Part shown: positions 35,955-45,960 of the stretch, one piece after another
Position numbering within the stretch: the stretch's first letter is position 1
How the letters are laid out: each line of letters opens with the position of its first letter
Virus record (IMG/VR): IMGVR_UViG_3300045988_172839
Span: 128,001 to 192,000 of that record
Length of the DNA: 64,000 bases
Direction: 5' to 3' (one strand)
Source of the DNA: a virus
The notes under the pieces: generated by a model
What the model was told of the DNA's origin: nothing
Database searches by the model: none
What the model saw: only the letters and a program-made list of their open reading frames with translations
Position numbers and translations under genes: made by a program

Positions 35955-36326
35955 TTATTCTTCCAACAAACTTAAAAAAGTTTCCATATCTAAATGGTTT
36001 GGGTCAAAATCTTCCAAATCGAAAATTGGAGGTTTTAAAGATACCCTATAGTAAGGTGAACCCCAACTATCTACTAACCGAACAAGTAAATCACCAAAAA
36101 TGTAAGTTTTACTGCCGTGGTACATAAACGTAAAAGGTATGTCTTCGACCTCAACTCGATTAAGCATGTAGTCCGGATTTACAAGCCTATTGTTATTTCC
36201 TTGAATGATGAAGCCGTTTTGGTCACATAAGTGGTGTAGTAACTCTGTTTTGTACTGTTCCGTTTCTTTTACAATCCTGCGGACTCTAGCAGTCATTCGT
36301 TTGTTAAAGTGTTCTTTTGTTTCCAT
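35955..36326 (-). CDS. hypothetical protein
   Basis: ORF track. Confidence 0.65.
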   Translation of the reverse strand: METKEHFNKRMTARVRRIVKETEQYKTELLHHLCDQNGFIIQGNNNRLVNPDYMLNRVEVEDIPFTFMYHGSKTYIFGDLLVRLVDSWGSPYYRVSLKPPIFDLEDFDPNHLDMETFLSLLEE

Positions 36327-36335
36327 AACTTAACC

Positions 36336-36587
36336 TCAAAATTCCAACTGCAAGGGCGAGATACCCAAACCTGTATCTTCAAAGCGAGAATGTAGCTCAT
36401 CTAAGACAGAACGAGGTACAATCCAGTTACTACCTAGCTTCTCTAAGTGAATATCTACCTTCTCACCTAGTAACTCTCCTGACTTCAAGAGCGTTTGCAA
36501 ACGTTTTGCAGTAGCTAAATAGTGATAATCACCATAAAATTCGACTAGGTAGACTTCTTTGCTCCGACTGTAAACATGTTTTGCCAT
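36336..36587 (-). CDS. hypothetical protein
   Basis: ATG 36587 after a GGTGAGG RBS, just past the methylase stop. Confidence 0.6.
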   Translation of the reverse strand: MAKHVYSRSKEVYLVEFYGDYHYLATAKRLQTLLKSGELLGEKVDIHLEKLGSNWIVPRSVLDELHSRFEDTGLGISPLQLEF

Positions 36588-36595
36588 ATAGAACC

Positions 36596-37828
36596 TCACC
36601 AATCTAAGTTATCTGCAATATATCGACCCAAATGTTCAACAACCTCAACAACTAAGGCATTACCCATAAAGAACTTTCTGCGAGTGTCCGATACCGTAAC
36701 TTCTTTTCCCTTGCTCAATTTAACTTGTGTCCAGTTGTCCGGGAAACCTTGTAAACGCTCTGTTTCGAGTGGTGTTAAAAGTCGATACCCTTTCTCATCT
36801 TCAATTAAATGAGTGGTGCGACTTATAGAACCCTCAGAAGTTAACAAAGTTCGAGAAGGTAAATCTGCGCTATCTACTAAAGCCATAGCACCTTCAGAGT
36901 AAATGTAAGTGAAACCTTCAGAGTTGGTGCGCTCAAACTTCTTAGCGCCTCTCAAATAACGGAACTTGTTTACTTTGTCCTCAGATAAATAAAGTTCCTG
37001 TGGTAAATCAGAGGGATTTTCTAACACATCTCTGAGAACCAAACTAGCGCCATCATAATAAGGCTCTAGCTCCTTTGTAATGACTTTACCCTCTATCATA
37101 CTACCTGAGTTCCAAAACTGCGTAGAAAAAGAGTCTGAGACCTCTACAATGTCTTCTGGTAAAGTGAAAGACAAAGCTCTGTCTTTTATAATCTCAGCTT
37201 TAGTTTCATGCGTGGATTCGAAGATACCACTAGTGCCTACTCCGAAATCATTCAGTGCTTGTTGTTGCGTGAAATAGTCAGTGTCTTTTCGATAGACAAA
37301 GAGAAAGACTCTCTTCCTTCTTTGACACCAACCATAATCTGCAGGGTTAACGACCCTCCAATCGACTCCGTAACCTAAATCAGCAAAAGCTCTCAACATA
37401 ATTGCAAAGTCTCTACCTCTTTGTTTTGAGGGAGCTTTTAACAAGCGATCTACGTTTTCAAGGAGTAAATATTTAGGTTGTGAAAGTCTAGTCGCTCTAA
37501 TGATTTCCCAAAAGAGGACTCCCTTTTTACCCTCGATACCCTTTTCATCTTTTTTGGTTCTTGCTACAGAGTAATCTTGACAAGGAAACCCACCTACAAT
37601 CAAATCTACCTCACCTCTTAAGGCAGAAAAGCGCTCGTCAGAAATTTTAGTGATGTCTTCGTTCCAATTTTCACTGTCTGGGAAATGGTAATTGTAGACC
37701 TCAAAGGCATCTTGCGACTTTCTCAACGGTTCAAACTGGTTCGACCACAAAGTTTTTAAAGTAGGACTTGCTTTTTCAAGACCTACTCGGAAACCTCCTA
37801 CTCCTGCGAATAATTCAAGTACATTCAA
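36596..37828 (-). CDS. DNA (cytosine-5) methyltransferase, intact
   Basis: LELFAGVGGF (I), GGFPCQDYSVA (IV), LLLENVDRL (VI), QRRKRVFLF (VIII), TPLETERLQGFPDNWT (IX) and MGNALVV (X). Probable TTG start at 37828 after GGAAGAGGG. Confidence 0.9.
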   Translation of the reverse strand: MNVLELFAGVGGFRVGLEKASPTLKTLWSNQFEPLRKSQDAFEVYNYHFPDSENWNEDITKISDERFSALRGEVDLIVGGFPCQDYSVARTKKDEKGIEGKKGVLFWEIIRATRLSQPKYLLLENVDRLLKAPSKQRGRDFAIMLRAFADLGYGVDWRVVNPADYGWCQRRKRVFLFVYRKDTDYFTQQQALNDFGVGTSGIFESTHETKAEIIKDRALSFTLPEDIVEVSDSFSTQFWNSGSMIEGKVITKELEPYYDGASLVLRDVLENPSDLPQELYLSEDKVNKFRYLRGAKKFERTNSEGFTYIYSEGAMALVDSADLPSRTLLTSEGSISRTTHLIEDEKGYRLLTPLETERLQGFPDNWTQVKLSKGKEVTVSDTRRKFFMGNALVVEVVEHLGRYIADNLDW

Positions 37829-37853
37829 GTTAATTAGTCCCTCTTCCTTTAAA

Positions 37854-38489
37854 TTAAATAGAACAAGTTCCCCAAGTATAACACAATAGCGCATCACGCT
37901 TTAGTTCTACATTCGGATAATCTTGTAACAAACCCCTTGTATCAAAACGCTGATTTACAATAACTGAGTAACCATTTGGCGTTTTGTGCAAAGTTACAGA
38001 TATTGGAGGTCGCTTTTGACCTTTCTTTGTCTGCGTAGTCTCATGTGCAATATGTAAGTCTTCAACAAACTTAGTTAACAAAACCTCAGTATCTTGACCT
38101 TCAACTGGATCGAAGTCGAACAACCAATGCTGCTTATCTCCATAAGCATTTTCTACCTTAGCTGCAAGAGAAGCTACTTTCGGAGGTAATGTAGATAAAT
38201 CAAACTCTTGATCCAACATCTTGTGCTGCAAAGCCTTAAAGGTTTTTGAGTTAGATCGAGGATTAATAGAGACATACATCCTCGAAAACTCACCAACTTG
38301 ACCGTCATTAACAAAAACTTGAAACTGGGACTTAATTTCTTCAAAACCCTTAGTTGTAACAAATGATACTTTTCTCTCTTTAAACGTTTCAAGGTTCTTG
38401 TTATCCTTATTTCTTGAGACAAACAAGACAACATTTAACTTATCTAAATCAAAATTAACGTCTGAAGCATCTTTAGTAAGTTTTACCAT
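37854..38489 (-). CDS. hypothetical protein
   Basis: ATG 38489 after an AGAGG RBS. There is a weak resemblance of FDFD and TPNGYSVIV to primase-polymerase motifs, which is not enough to make a call. Confidence 0.65.
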   Translation of the reverse strand: MVKLTKDASDVNFDLDKLNVVLFVSRNKDNKNLETFKERKVSFVTTKGFEEIKSQFQVFVNDGQVGEFSRMYVSINPRSNSKTFKALQHKMLDQEFDLSTLPPKVASLAAKVENAYGDKQHWLFDFDPVEGQDTEVLLTKFVEDLHIAHETTQTKKGQKRPPISVTLHKTPNGYSVIVNQRFDTRGLLQDYPNVELKRDALLCYTWGTCSI

Positions 38490-38498
38490 AATCAACCT

Positions 38499-38828
38499 CT
38501 AACTTTCAATATACAAAATTTCAACCACTTCAAGAATAAAGTGCTCTAAAACTCTCTCCGAGTCGATTTGAGGATACCCAAGGATAGGTGTAATCTCATT
38601 TTCAGACCAATAAGGTGCAGAATTACCTAATATCACAATCTTTTCTGTACCGTCTACAAACTCAACTGAAATTTGCGATTTAGTTAATTTTATAGAGCGA
38701 ACAAGAGTATAAGTGTCCCAAAGTTGTTCTTCTTTATCCACACTGTGTACTACAAGCGAAATCAGAGTGGAAGCTAGGTATTCTGGTACAGTCTTATCCA
38801 ACATGTAATTCTCATATTTTAATCTCAT
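38499..38828 (-). CDS. hypothetical protein, triplet family (MRLKYE...PYWSENEI)
   Basis: MRLKYENY...ILGNSAPYWSENEITP. Confidence 0.7.
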   Translation of the reverse strand: MRLKYENYMLDKTVPEYLASTLISLVVHSVDKEEQLWDTYTLVRSIKLTKSQISVEFVDGTEKIVILGNSAPYWSENEITPILGYPQIDSERVLEHFILEVVEILYIES

Positions 38829-39161
38829 TTATTGCACCTCTTCATATAAATAATCTACAACCTCTTGTTTCATTTTCTCCAATAGACGAGTTGGACTAGG
38901 GTAACTAGAACCAAAGTCTGGTTTAATCTCATTTTCTGACCAATAAGGTTCATTATCCCCAAGAATTAAAACCTTAGTTGTATCATCTGTAAAAACAAAC
39001 TGAATACAAAGTCGAGATAAATGTACTGAGCGAACCAAATTTAAACGATGTTTAAAGCTAGACTCACTATCCGTAGTAAAAACAGTATAACCAGCTAAAA
39101 CTTCACTTAATTCAATCACCAAACTTATCTTTTCTGTATAATCTTCATACTTTAATCTCAT
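38829..39161 (-). CDS. hypothetical protein, triplet family
   Basis: ATG 39161 after AAGGTGG; MRLKYEDY...ILGDNEPYWSENEIKP. Confidence 0.7.
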   Translation of the reverse strand: MRLKYEDYTEKISLVIELSEVLAGYTVFTTDSESSFKHRLNLVRSVHLSRLCIQFVFTDDTTKVLILGDNEPYWSENEIKPDFGSSYPSPTRLLEKMKQEVVDYLYEEVQ

Positions 39162-39474
39162 TTTCTTTTCCACCTTTCTTATAATAATGTGAAAGAACTT
39201 TCTTTTTCAAATACTTCTTTAAATGTCCCGAATTGGAAACAACAGAAGTATGTTTTTCATTCGACTTCCAAAAGGCTCCGTTTTCCTCTAATTTCAAGGT
39301 ATTTACCACACCGTCTGAAAACATAAACATAATGCCAAAATCAGTTTCTCGAACCTTCCAAATTAAGTTCTCTACTTCCACATGACCTACAAAGTTTCGA
39401 ACCCTATTCAAACTTGTAAAATCTCTAAATAGCTTTACTTTATTTACTGGTTTCTTTCGTCTGACTAGCACCAT
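39145..39474 (-). CDS. hypothetical protein, diverged triplet-family member
   Basis: ...LEENGAFWKSNEKH in the equivalent position. Confidence 0.6.
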   Translation of the reverse strand: MVLVRRKKPVNKVKLFRDFTSLNRVRNFVGHVEVENLIWKVRETDFGIMFMFSDGVVNTLKLEENGAFWKSNEKHTSVVSNSGHLKKYLKKKVLSHYYKKGGKENEIKV

Positions 39475-40347
39475 TTAGACCTCCACAACTTTAAATCGAT
39501 ACCCCAAAGACTCTACCTTATCTTCAATTTTCCAAAATGACGAAATTCCAAGACCTGCAAAGCTCTGCAAACCAATCTTCGTTACAGACTCTAAATCTGA
39601 AATAAAGGTAAACCCTTTACTTTTCAACAAGGCTCTAATTTTAGAGTTGAACAAGTCAACTGTGAGACAAGGCTCAATCTGAGAACCTGTGTTTTTCGGA
39701 CGGTAAGTAACAATACCCTCAACCTCAGTTAAGACTTGCCCTTCTTTTAACAAACGCTCAGAAACCCTAGAAGAAGACCTATAGCGAACAACCAAACCTT
39801 TATCATTGATATACCAAGACTTACTAACGTTTTTGACAATGTTAGCTATTGATTTTTCAACAAAGGGTTGGCGAGTTGGAGATACCCTTTGGGTGTTAGA
39901 AACTGCTACTAGAAAGTCTCCTGTGTTCTTAGCAGTCAACCAAGTTGAACCTTTGAAGAACTTCTCAAACCACTTCCGTTCTGTTTCATCTACGCTTTTT
40001 ACAACTGTATCTACAAAAGGTAGGAAAGATGAGAAGAAATCATCTGAAAGCTCTGTAACCTCAGAACCAAAGACCAATCGACAAAATGAGCCGAAAGCCG
40101 TTTCACCCATATTATCTAGTAAGTCTTGGTTAAATACAAGAGTATTTTGCAAAGGTGCTACAACTCGACTATTTGTCCAAGCGCTTTTATTCAACTTCTT
40201 ACGAGCAAAACTAAAGTAGTTTACCCCCAGTTGTTTTTCTGCTTCGGTTGCAGAAATGCGACCTAAAATAAGGGCTGACATGATTTGAGATACCCTATCA
40301 GCTTCTTCTTTCACCGCTTTATAAACTTCTTTATCTAAGTTAGACAT
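39475..40347 (-). CDS. hypothetical protein (possible DNA-binding protein)
   Basis: ORF track. It has an HTH-like AEKQLGVNYFSFARKKL segment and a C-terminal GLQSFAGLGISSFWKIEDKVESLGY helix-hairpin-helix-like segment. These are hints only. Confidence 0.6.
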   Translation of the reverse strand: MSNLDKEVYKAVKEEADRVSQIMSALILGRISATEAEKQLGVNYFSFARKKLNKSAWTNSRVVAPLQNTLVFNQDLLDNMGETAFGSFCRLVFGSEVTELSDDFFSSFLPFVDTVVKSVDETERKWFEKFFKGSTWLTAKNTGDFLVAVSNTQRVSPTRQPFVEKSIANIVKNVSKSWYINDKGLVVRYRSSSRVSERLLKEGQVLTEVEGIVTYRPKNTGSQIEPCLTVDLFNSKIRALLKSKGFTFISDLESVTKIGLQSFAGLGISSFWKIEDKVESLGYRFKVVEV

Positions 40348-40361
40348 CGTTTAAAACCTTT

Positions 40362-41237
40362 CTAAATAATATTCAACAAAGTTGCTCTCATTAAAACTTT
40401 GTAGTCTGTACAATCTACTAAAGTAACCTCTACATAAGACGGAATTAAAGTATTATCGTCGTAAAAACACTCAACACCGTATCTGTAAGTATGCTTATAA
40501 ACCTGCGCACTTTGATGTACAAAATGACTGATAGAACGCTCAAAATCATCCAAAGAGAACTGTGATGTACGCTTTGGATTCATATAATACATAGAGTTCT
40601 TTAATGCATTCTTGAAAATGACCTCTGCGTTTCGGTTATGATCTTCCTCAGTAGGTAAATAATTCTCTTTAACACGCATACCACTATTCAAACGAGCCGT
40701 TCCTGTAAACATAACATGCTTATACTCCCCATCATTTAAACACAATCGGTAAGGAACTAAGTGAGTTCTATGGTATAAAGGTCGCTCTTTTCCTTGAACA
40801 ATCGCCCATTCTTGTTTCACAGTATCAAACCCAGGTACATCTGCATTCTTACGAACATCATCACTACGCTTATAAAAACCTACCTTAATAGCTTTATTTT
40901 GAGTATCTAATAAGTGACCATCAAAAACCATAAAGCCACCCACAATACGACCTAAATCATCTTTATCTGCTAGTATATAAGCACCTTTATGCCCTACAAA
41001 GTCCAAACTTGTTAATGATTTATGAAACAACTTACGAGTTCTGATAGGGATATAGTTGATATGATTGAAATAATTCTTCTCAATCTTCCTTAACGTCTCG
41101 TCTTTATCTTTCCCTTTGTTGTAAACAAAAACCAAAAGCGCTATGGACAAAAAAGCAACAATAGAAAACCACAGATGAGAAATTACAAAAAATACTCCAA
41201 CTAAAATCAGTAAACCTTTTAAAATTAACTTTATCAT
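40362..41237 (-). CDS. membrane-anchored DNA/RNA non-specific endonuclease-like protein
   Basis: N-terminal double TM, then YHRTHLVPYRL...MFTGTARLNSG resembling the streptococcal DNA-entry-nuclease type (RGHLI...TQT..N.G) motif. Confidence 0.5.
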   Translation of the reverse strand: MIKLILKGLLILVGVFFVISHLWFSIVAFLSIALLVFVYNKGKDKDETLRKIEKNYFNHINYIPIRTRKLFHKSLTSLDFVGHKGAYILADKDDLGRIVGGFMVFDGHLLDTQNKAIKVGFYKRSDDVRKNADVPGFDTVKQEWAIVQGKERPLYHRTHLVPYRLCLNDGEYKHVMFTGTARLNSGMRVKENYLPTEEDHNRNAEVIFKNALKNSMYYMNPKRTSQFSLDDFERSISHFVHQSAQVYKHTYRYGVECFYDDNTLIPSYVEVTLVDCTDYKVLMRATLLNII

Positions 41238-41267
41238 TTAAAACCTCAAATAACTCTGTAAAATAAG

Positions 41268-41507
41268 CTAGGAAACAATACCCTCAAGAGTAGCTAAACA
41301 CTCCATAAAACTCAATAAACCTAGTTTATACTGACTCTTAGAAAATAATTTAGAAGAGACTACACCAACAATGTTAAACGGAGAATAATAACAAAATTGA
41401 ACATTATCACCTTCAATTTTAACCTCAAAATCACCTTCTAACTCAATATGATGAGTCCGTTGAAGATTATCTACCACTGTATCTATCGTATTTAGGAACT
41501 CTACCAT
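41268..41507 (-). CDS. hypothetical protein
   Basis: ORF track; downstream of the promoter at 41539-41567. Confidence 0.65.
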   Translation of the reverse strand: MVEFLNTIDTVVDNLQRTHHIELEGDFEVKIEGDNVQFCYYSPFNIVGVVSSKLFSKSQYKLGLLSFMECLATLEGIVS

Positions 41508-41538
41508 TTTTAACTCCTTAAATCTTTATATTTAATTT

Positions 41539-41567
41539 ATTATACCATAAATAATACAATTAGTCAA
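41539..41567 (-). promoter_or_regulatory. sigma-A-type promoter TTGACT-17-TGgTATAAT
   Basis: attata at 41539-41544 with an upstream TGG on the minus strand; agtcaa at 41562-41567. Confidence 0.8.
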
Positions 41568-41612
41568 ATAAAAATAGGTGCAAACTCTTGTTCTACACCT
41601 ACTTCTTCTATT

Positions 41613-41816
41613 CTAAACCACAAATATCGCTCCGACAAATAGCAAGGCAAGTCCAATCGCCCCTAAACCTGCTAGATATAAATGCTCCCTTCTCATGTTT
41701 TCTTTATTCTTCACTTCTTCGAAAAGTTGGAGTTCTTTCAAAACAAAGGATACCGCAATTCCAAAGAGAAATACAGAGTTGAAAACGAAAAGAACCCATA
41801 GATAAAAGCCGTCCAT
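41613..41816 (-). CDS. small two-TM membrane protein
   Basis: Two hydrophobic segments flank a charged loop EEVKNKENMRRE. The start lies 7 nt after the upstream stop. Confidence 0.55.
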   Translation of the reverse strand: MDGFYLWVLFVFNSVFLFGIAVSFVLKELQLFEEVKNKENMRREHLYLAGLGAIGLALLFVGAIFVV

Positions 41817-41822
41817 AGAGAT

Positions 41823-42770
41823 TTACCAAAAAGCGCCTTTGGGTTTGTAAGACTTAATCTTACTTGAAAGCTCTCCACGTTTGTTCTCATCAGCCTTCTT
41901 GAAGAGTTCTGTACGAGCTAGAGCCATCTCTGAGTCATTCAAAGAAGGGTCTGCGTACAAACGATAGTCCAAATTAAAGCGCGCACCTTCTACCAACTGA
42001 TACATTTGGTACTCATTGTAAATTGGAAAACCGTCTTTATCGGTACTACAAACTAAACTCAAACAACCAAAGTCAGAAGCTCTCCAACATTGTTCAATCT
42101 GGCCTGCGGTGAAGTTCTCATTGATATAATGCTGAATGAAATCCACTACAGACATCTTCAAACGACCTCTTAAAATCGCCAAAATCTGACTCTCAGACCA
42201 TGAACCCTCTAGGAAAGGGGAAATATCAACCCCTGCCATACGAAGGGAAATCAGAAAATCGAGGTAGTCCTTGTCGGATACCGCTCGACTGTTTTGCAAG
42301 TCCGTAATTTCAACCCCTTGAACCAAAGCAGAAGCAAAAACCTCTATTGTAGACAAAGGAATTAAGGTAAAGTCCACCTTAGAAAAGTCTACATTTTCAA
42401 GCGCCAAGTCTACGAGGATACCGAAAGTCTTTGGTTCAACCATTAACTCATAATTGGTTGAGTTGAAATAGTTAGACAAGCCACTAGAGTCCAAAGTTCT
42501 ATGAGCGCTATACAACTTGTACAAAGGAGTCAGAATATCCTTATCCAAATTAGCGTTTACCAAATAAAGAGGTACATCATGTTCCAAACATAAGCGAACT
42601 GCTCTTAGCAGCTCAAAGTCTACCTTATCACTTGTTATAAAAGGTGTTAAATCCAAACCGTGAAGGAGACCGAGAGTCAACTCGTCCTTCACGTTTCGGT
42701 TCACATCTAATGCTTGTATGTCAAAAAAGGAAAGACCTAAATTCGCATTCTTGTTCAAATTCTTTACCAC
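41823..42770 (-). CDS. hypothetical protein
   Basis: ORF track; immediately downstream of the helicase gene. Confidence 0.7.
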   Translation of the reverse strand: MVKNLNKNANLGLSFFDIQALDVNRNVKDELTLGLLHGLDLTPFITSDKVDFELLRAVRLCLEHDVPLYLVNANLDKDILTPLYKLYSAHRTLDSSGLSNYFNSTNYELMVEPKTFGILVDLALENVDFSKVDFTLIPLSTIEVFASALVQGVEITDLQNSRAVSDKDYLDFLISLRMAGVDISPFLEGSWSESQILAILRGRLKMSVVDFIQHYINENFTAGQIEQCWRASDFGCLSLVCSTDKDGFPIYNEYQMYQLVEGARFNLDYRLYADPSLNDSEMALARTELFKKADENKRGELSSKIKSYKPKGAFW

Positions 42771-42783
42771 ACAATCTTTAAAA

Positions 42784-44991
42784 TCAAAGTTTCAAATCGA
42801 AGTCTGTGAACGCTCCAAGTTGTTCTTCGACCTTGGCTTTTTGCATGCGTTCTTTTAAACTCAATTCCTGCTTCAATTTTACACCATTTAGTACCACTCC
42901 GTCAAGTGGAGTCCACGATTTTAACGGGATACCCATTTCTTTCAAGAATGGTGAAGCTTTTCCTCTACGAGTGAGGTAAATCGTAACTTCATCACCACGT
43001 GTTCCTGCTACGAAGTGAACCCTACGTTCTTCTTCATAACTTAGCTCTCCACTCAAGGTATAAGGAAAGACACCATCAGAATCATCAAAAATAATGTTGA
43101 CATTGGCTTCACGACCTTTAAAGCTGAACGGTGTAGCAAAGGTCAAGAGCGAAGTTCCACCTCTTTTTGCTTCACGGATTTTATTGTTGATAAAGTCCAT
43201 GTTGCTAAAGAAGTCTGTAACTGTGTCGCTTTCTTCCGCCAAGGTTGAAATCGTGCCTACTACTTCCGCATTAGAAGGTTCACCCCAATAAAGAACATGA
43301 GCCAAAAGCTCTTTGAAGAGAACCATTTCTCCGGGAAACTCTTCTCCATAGGTCTTTCTCAACTTGTCTACCAAAGTAGCCATAGACTTGAGACCATATT
43401 CTTGCGCAATGAAATCCAAGTAAGCGTAGTTATCGGAGAACAAGATATTTTTGTTCTCTGGAATAGCGTTCATTAGGCGCTCTGCGAGAGTCTTGGCATC
43501 CCAAAGTTTCAGCTCTGGTGCTAAGACTTTCAAGTTGTTCTTAATATCAACTAAACCACGACCACGCACCATTTCAATGAGGTTCCAAACCTTTTGATAC
43601 CGCGCGGTTCTGAAATCCCTTACGTCTCCTAGTAAGTTGAAGTCTCCTTGGCGCTTAACTGCGTAAAGAATAGAAGACGGAGAGTAAGTGAAGTTCACTC
43701 GTGACTGAACTGCAATAGTCTTTCCTTCAGCTAAATACTTATCAATCAACTGCAAAGAAGCGTCAGCCATATCTTTTACAGAGTCAAATTGGTAAGCTTC
43801 AAGGACTCCAACCTCTTTAAAGGAGCGAAGAGAGTGTTCGTAGCGATTTGAGTTCTTCTCAATCGACTTGGTAATGGGTTTCAAAATGTTTGAAGGGCAA
43901 CGGTAAGATACCGAGAGTGGGTACTTAGTTGGTTGGTACTCCTTGTCGAACCACTCCATGACCTCTGGGTTTGACCCACGGAAACCATAAATCGACTGGT
44001 CTGGGTCTCCTACAATAACCACACGTGGACAATTCTCGAAAATAGGTTTCAAGACTTGGTACTGCAACTCAGACATATCTTGCGCTTCGTCCAACATGAA
44101 GTATTCGTAGCGGTATTTATAGAAGTTGACCCAAGCCATTTGAACTGGATCATCTTTCTTCTCTACGACCATGTACTCGTAAACAAGAGACATCAAATCA
44201 TCAAAATCAATGACGTTCATAGAAGTCTTCAAGGCTTGGTAATCTTCAACTACCATAGGAAGTAAATTTCTTGGGAGGTTCAAGCGTTTTGCCGTTTCGG
44301 CTGCTTCACCAAATTGGTACTCCGTAATCGAGCAGTTACGGTAGTTTGAAATAATTGCAGCCAAGTCTCTTTTATCTTGAAGAGAAATGTAGTTACTTCC
44401 TTCTTCTCCCAAATCATGTTTACGGAAGAGACGACCCATAATTGCATTGAAAATACGAGAACCCTCAGAGTCTCCGCCACCAGTGTCCAACATTTGAACA
44501 TAGTCTGATTTTGACTTATCTGTGAGGTTAAACCCACGAAGTCTCAAAAGTTCAAAGAACTCTGACTGTAGTGTACTGAATGTGAGGTCATTTGTGGATA
44601 CCCCTGAGAGACCTAACTTAGCGAAAGTGCGCTCTACATTCTGTTTAATCTCTTCTGCTCCTTTGCTGAGGAAAGTTGTGACCCAAGCGACTTTCTTTCC
44701 TCTCTGAGCTGGAGACAAGCGACCAATCGTTTTATCCTTTGCTAAAATCAATGAAATCGAAGTGGACTTACCTGAACCCGCAGTCGCAAACAACTCTGTG
44801 CGACCTTCTGAGCGAATAATTGGCTCTAGTTCTTCCAAGTTATAACCTTTAGAAGCGACTAGCTCCAAATACTTCTTCATATTTTCTTCGTAAATTTGTT
44901 CCTCAGTAATTTGTTGCTCAGAATTTGCACTAGGTTTTACACTAGCAAAACCTTTGTCGTTACTGAGGTTGTCGAGTGCTGATTTATACAT
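42784..44991 (-). CDS. UvrD/Rep/PcrA-type SF1 DNA helicase
   Basis: ATAGSGKST (Walker A), FMLDEAQDMS (II), VIVGDPDQSIYGFRG (III), VSYRCP (IV) and EERRVHFVAGTRG (VI). Confidence 0.9.
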   Translation of the reverse strand: MYKSALDNLSNDKGFASVKPSANSEQQITEEQIYEENMKKYLELVASKGYNLEELEPIIRSEGRTELFATAGSGKSTSISLILAKDKTIGRLSPAQRGKKVAWVTTFLSKGAEEIKQNVERTFAKLGLSGVSTNDLTFSTLQSEFFELLRLRGFNLTDKSKSDYVQMLDTGGGDSEGSRIFNAIMGRLFRKHDLGEEGSNYISLQDKRDLAAIISNYRNCSITEYQFGEAAETAKRLNLPRNLLPMVVEDYQALKTSMNVIDFDDLMSLVYEYMVVEKKDDPVQMAWVNFYKYRYEYFMLDEAQDMSELQYQVLKPIFENCPRVVIVGDPDQSIYGFRGSNPEVMEWFDKEYQPTKYPLSVSYRCPSNILKPITKSIEKNSNRYEHSLRSFKEVGVLEAYQFDSVKDMADASLQLIDKYLAEGKTIAVQSRVNFTYSPSSILYAVKRQGDFNLLGDVRDFRTARYQKVWNLIEMVRGRGLVDIKNNLKVLAPELKLWDAKTLAERLMNAIPENKNILFSDNYAYLDFIAQEYGLKSMATLVDKLRKTYGEEFPGEMVLFKELLAHVLYWGEPSNAEVVGTISTLAEESDTVTDFFSNMDFINNKIREAKRGGTSLLTFATPFSFKGREANVNIIFDDSDGVFPYTLSGELSYEEERRVHFVAGTRGDEVTIYLTRRGKASPFLKEMGIPLKSWTPLDGVVLNGVKLKQELSLKERMQKAKVEEQLGAFTDFDLKL

Positions 44992-45179
44992 TTTTCTCTT
45001 CTTTCTTCTATTATATAGTGAGACTGAAATCAGTCTAAAATCTTTTCTGAATAATTAAAATCTAATTTGTTATGTTTATACTAAATTGAGAATAAGGTGA
45101 AAAACTGTGAAAAATCCAAAATCCGAGTATTAGTAAGTTACTACCAAGTTAGTGCTCGGAAAAAGGTAAAATTTCATAA

Positions 45180-45960
45180 CATTGAGGAGATACCTACCAA
45201 GATGTAATTAAATCAAGGGTTTTGCTTGATTTTCTATAAGAAAATAATGAAAATACTTGTCAGATAAGGGATTTACTTGTTTTCTGAGGAAAAATACCTA
45301 CTCATTTTAGAAAATCCAGTTAAAAGTGGCAAGTGAAAACCAAAATTGAGGTCTTCTTTTAGATACCTTCTAAGTGGGGTTGAGAAAAGAGGTTTAATCT
45401 CTTGTGTGCCAAGGACTTTCAAAGTTGTTGCTAGTGAAATTTGAGTTTTAAGTGGTAAGCTCTGAAAAAACTTTGGAGGTATGTTTAGATACCCTCTTCT
45501 CTAGGTTAGGAAAACTAGGTTTAACCCAAGCGTCCCAAAGAGTTTGGAAAGTTTAAGCACGTGTTTTCGATTTTTAACTTCCTCAACCTTAACTAGAGAA
45601 ATTGAAAAATCGAAAAGTGTGACTCGATACCCTCTTGTAACTTTGACATAAAAGGTTCAAAACCTAGTAGTACCAAGTAATAGAAAGCCTACCATCTACT
45701 AAAACTTATTTGAACAAAAGAAAATACTAATTCGACCGAGAGAAAATTTCAAGCTAGGATGAGATACCCTCAAAACCCTGTTAAATCAAGGAAATTAACT
45801 TTTAAGTTAGTTAAACAGTTGCTATCACTAGGTTTCTGAGAACTTGACCTAGTTTGCAATCAAAACCTCATAGTTATTTTATCAATTTGGAGAAAATTGC
45901 GAGGTGTGATGAGATACCCACTTACTAACTTGACAAACCTTATTAAATCAAGGTTCAACA
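45180..45960. repeat. non-coding region with six degenerate units of about 125-175 bp, each centred on GATACC
   Basis: GATACC at 45189, 45362, 45488, 45626, 45763 and 45913. Three units carry TTAAATCAAGG 18-30 nt downstream. No ORF on either strand. Confidence 0.6.
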
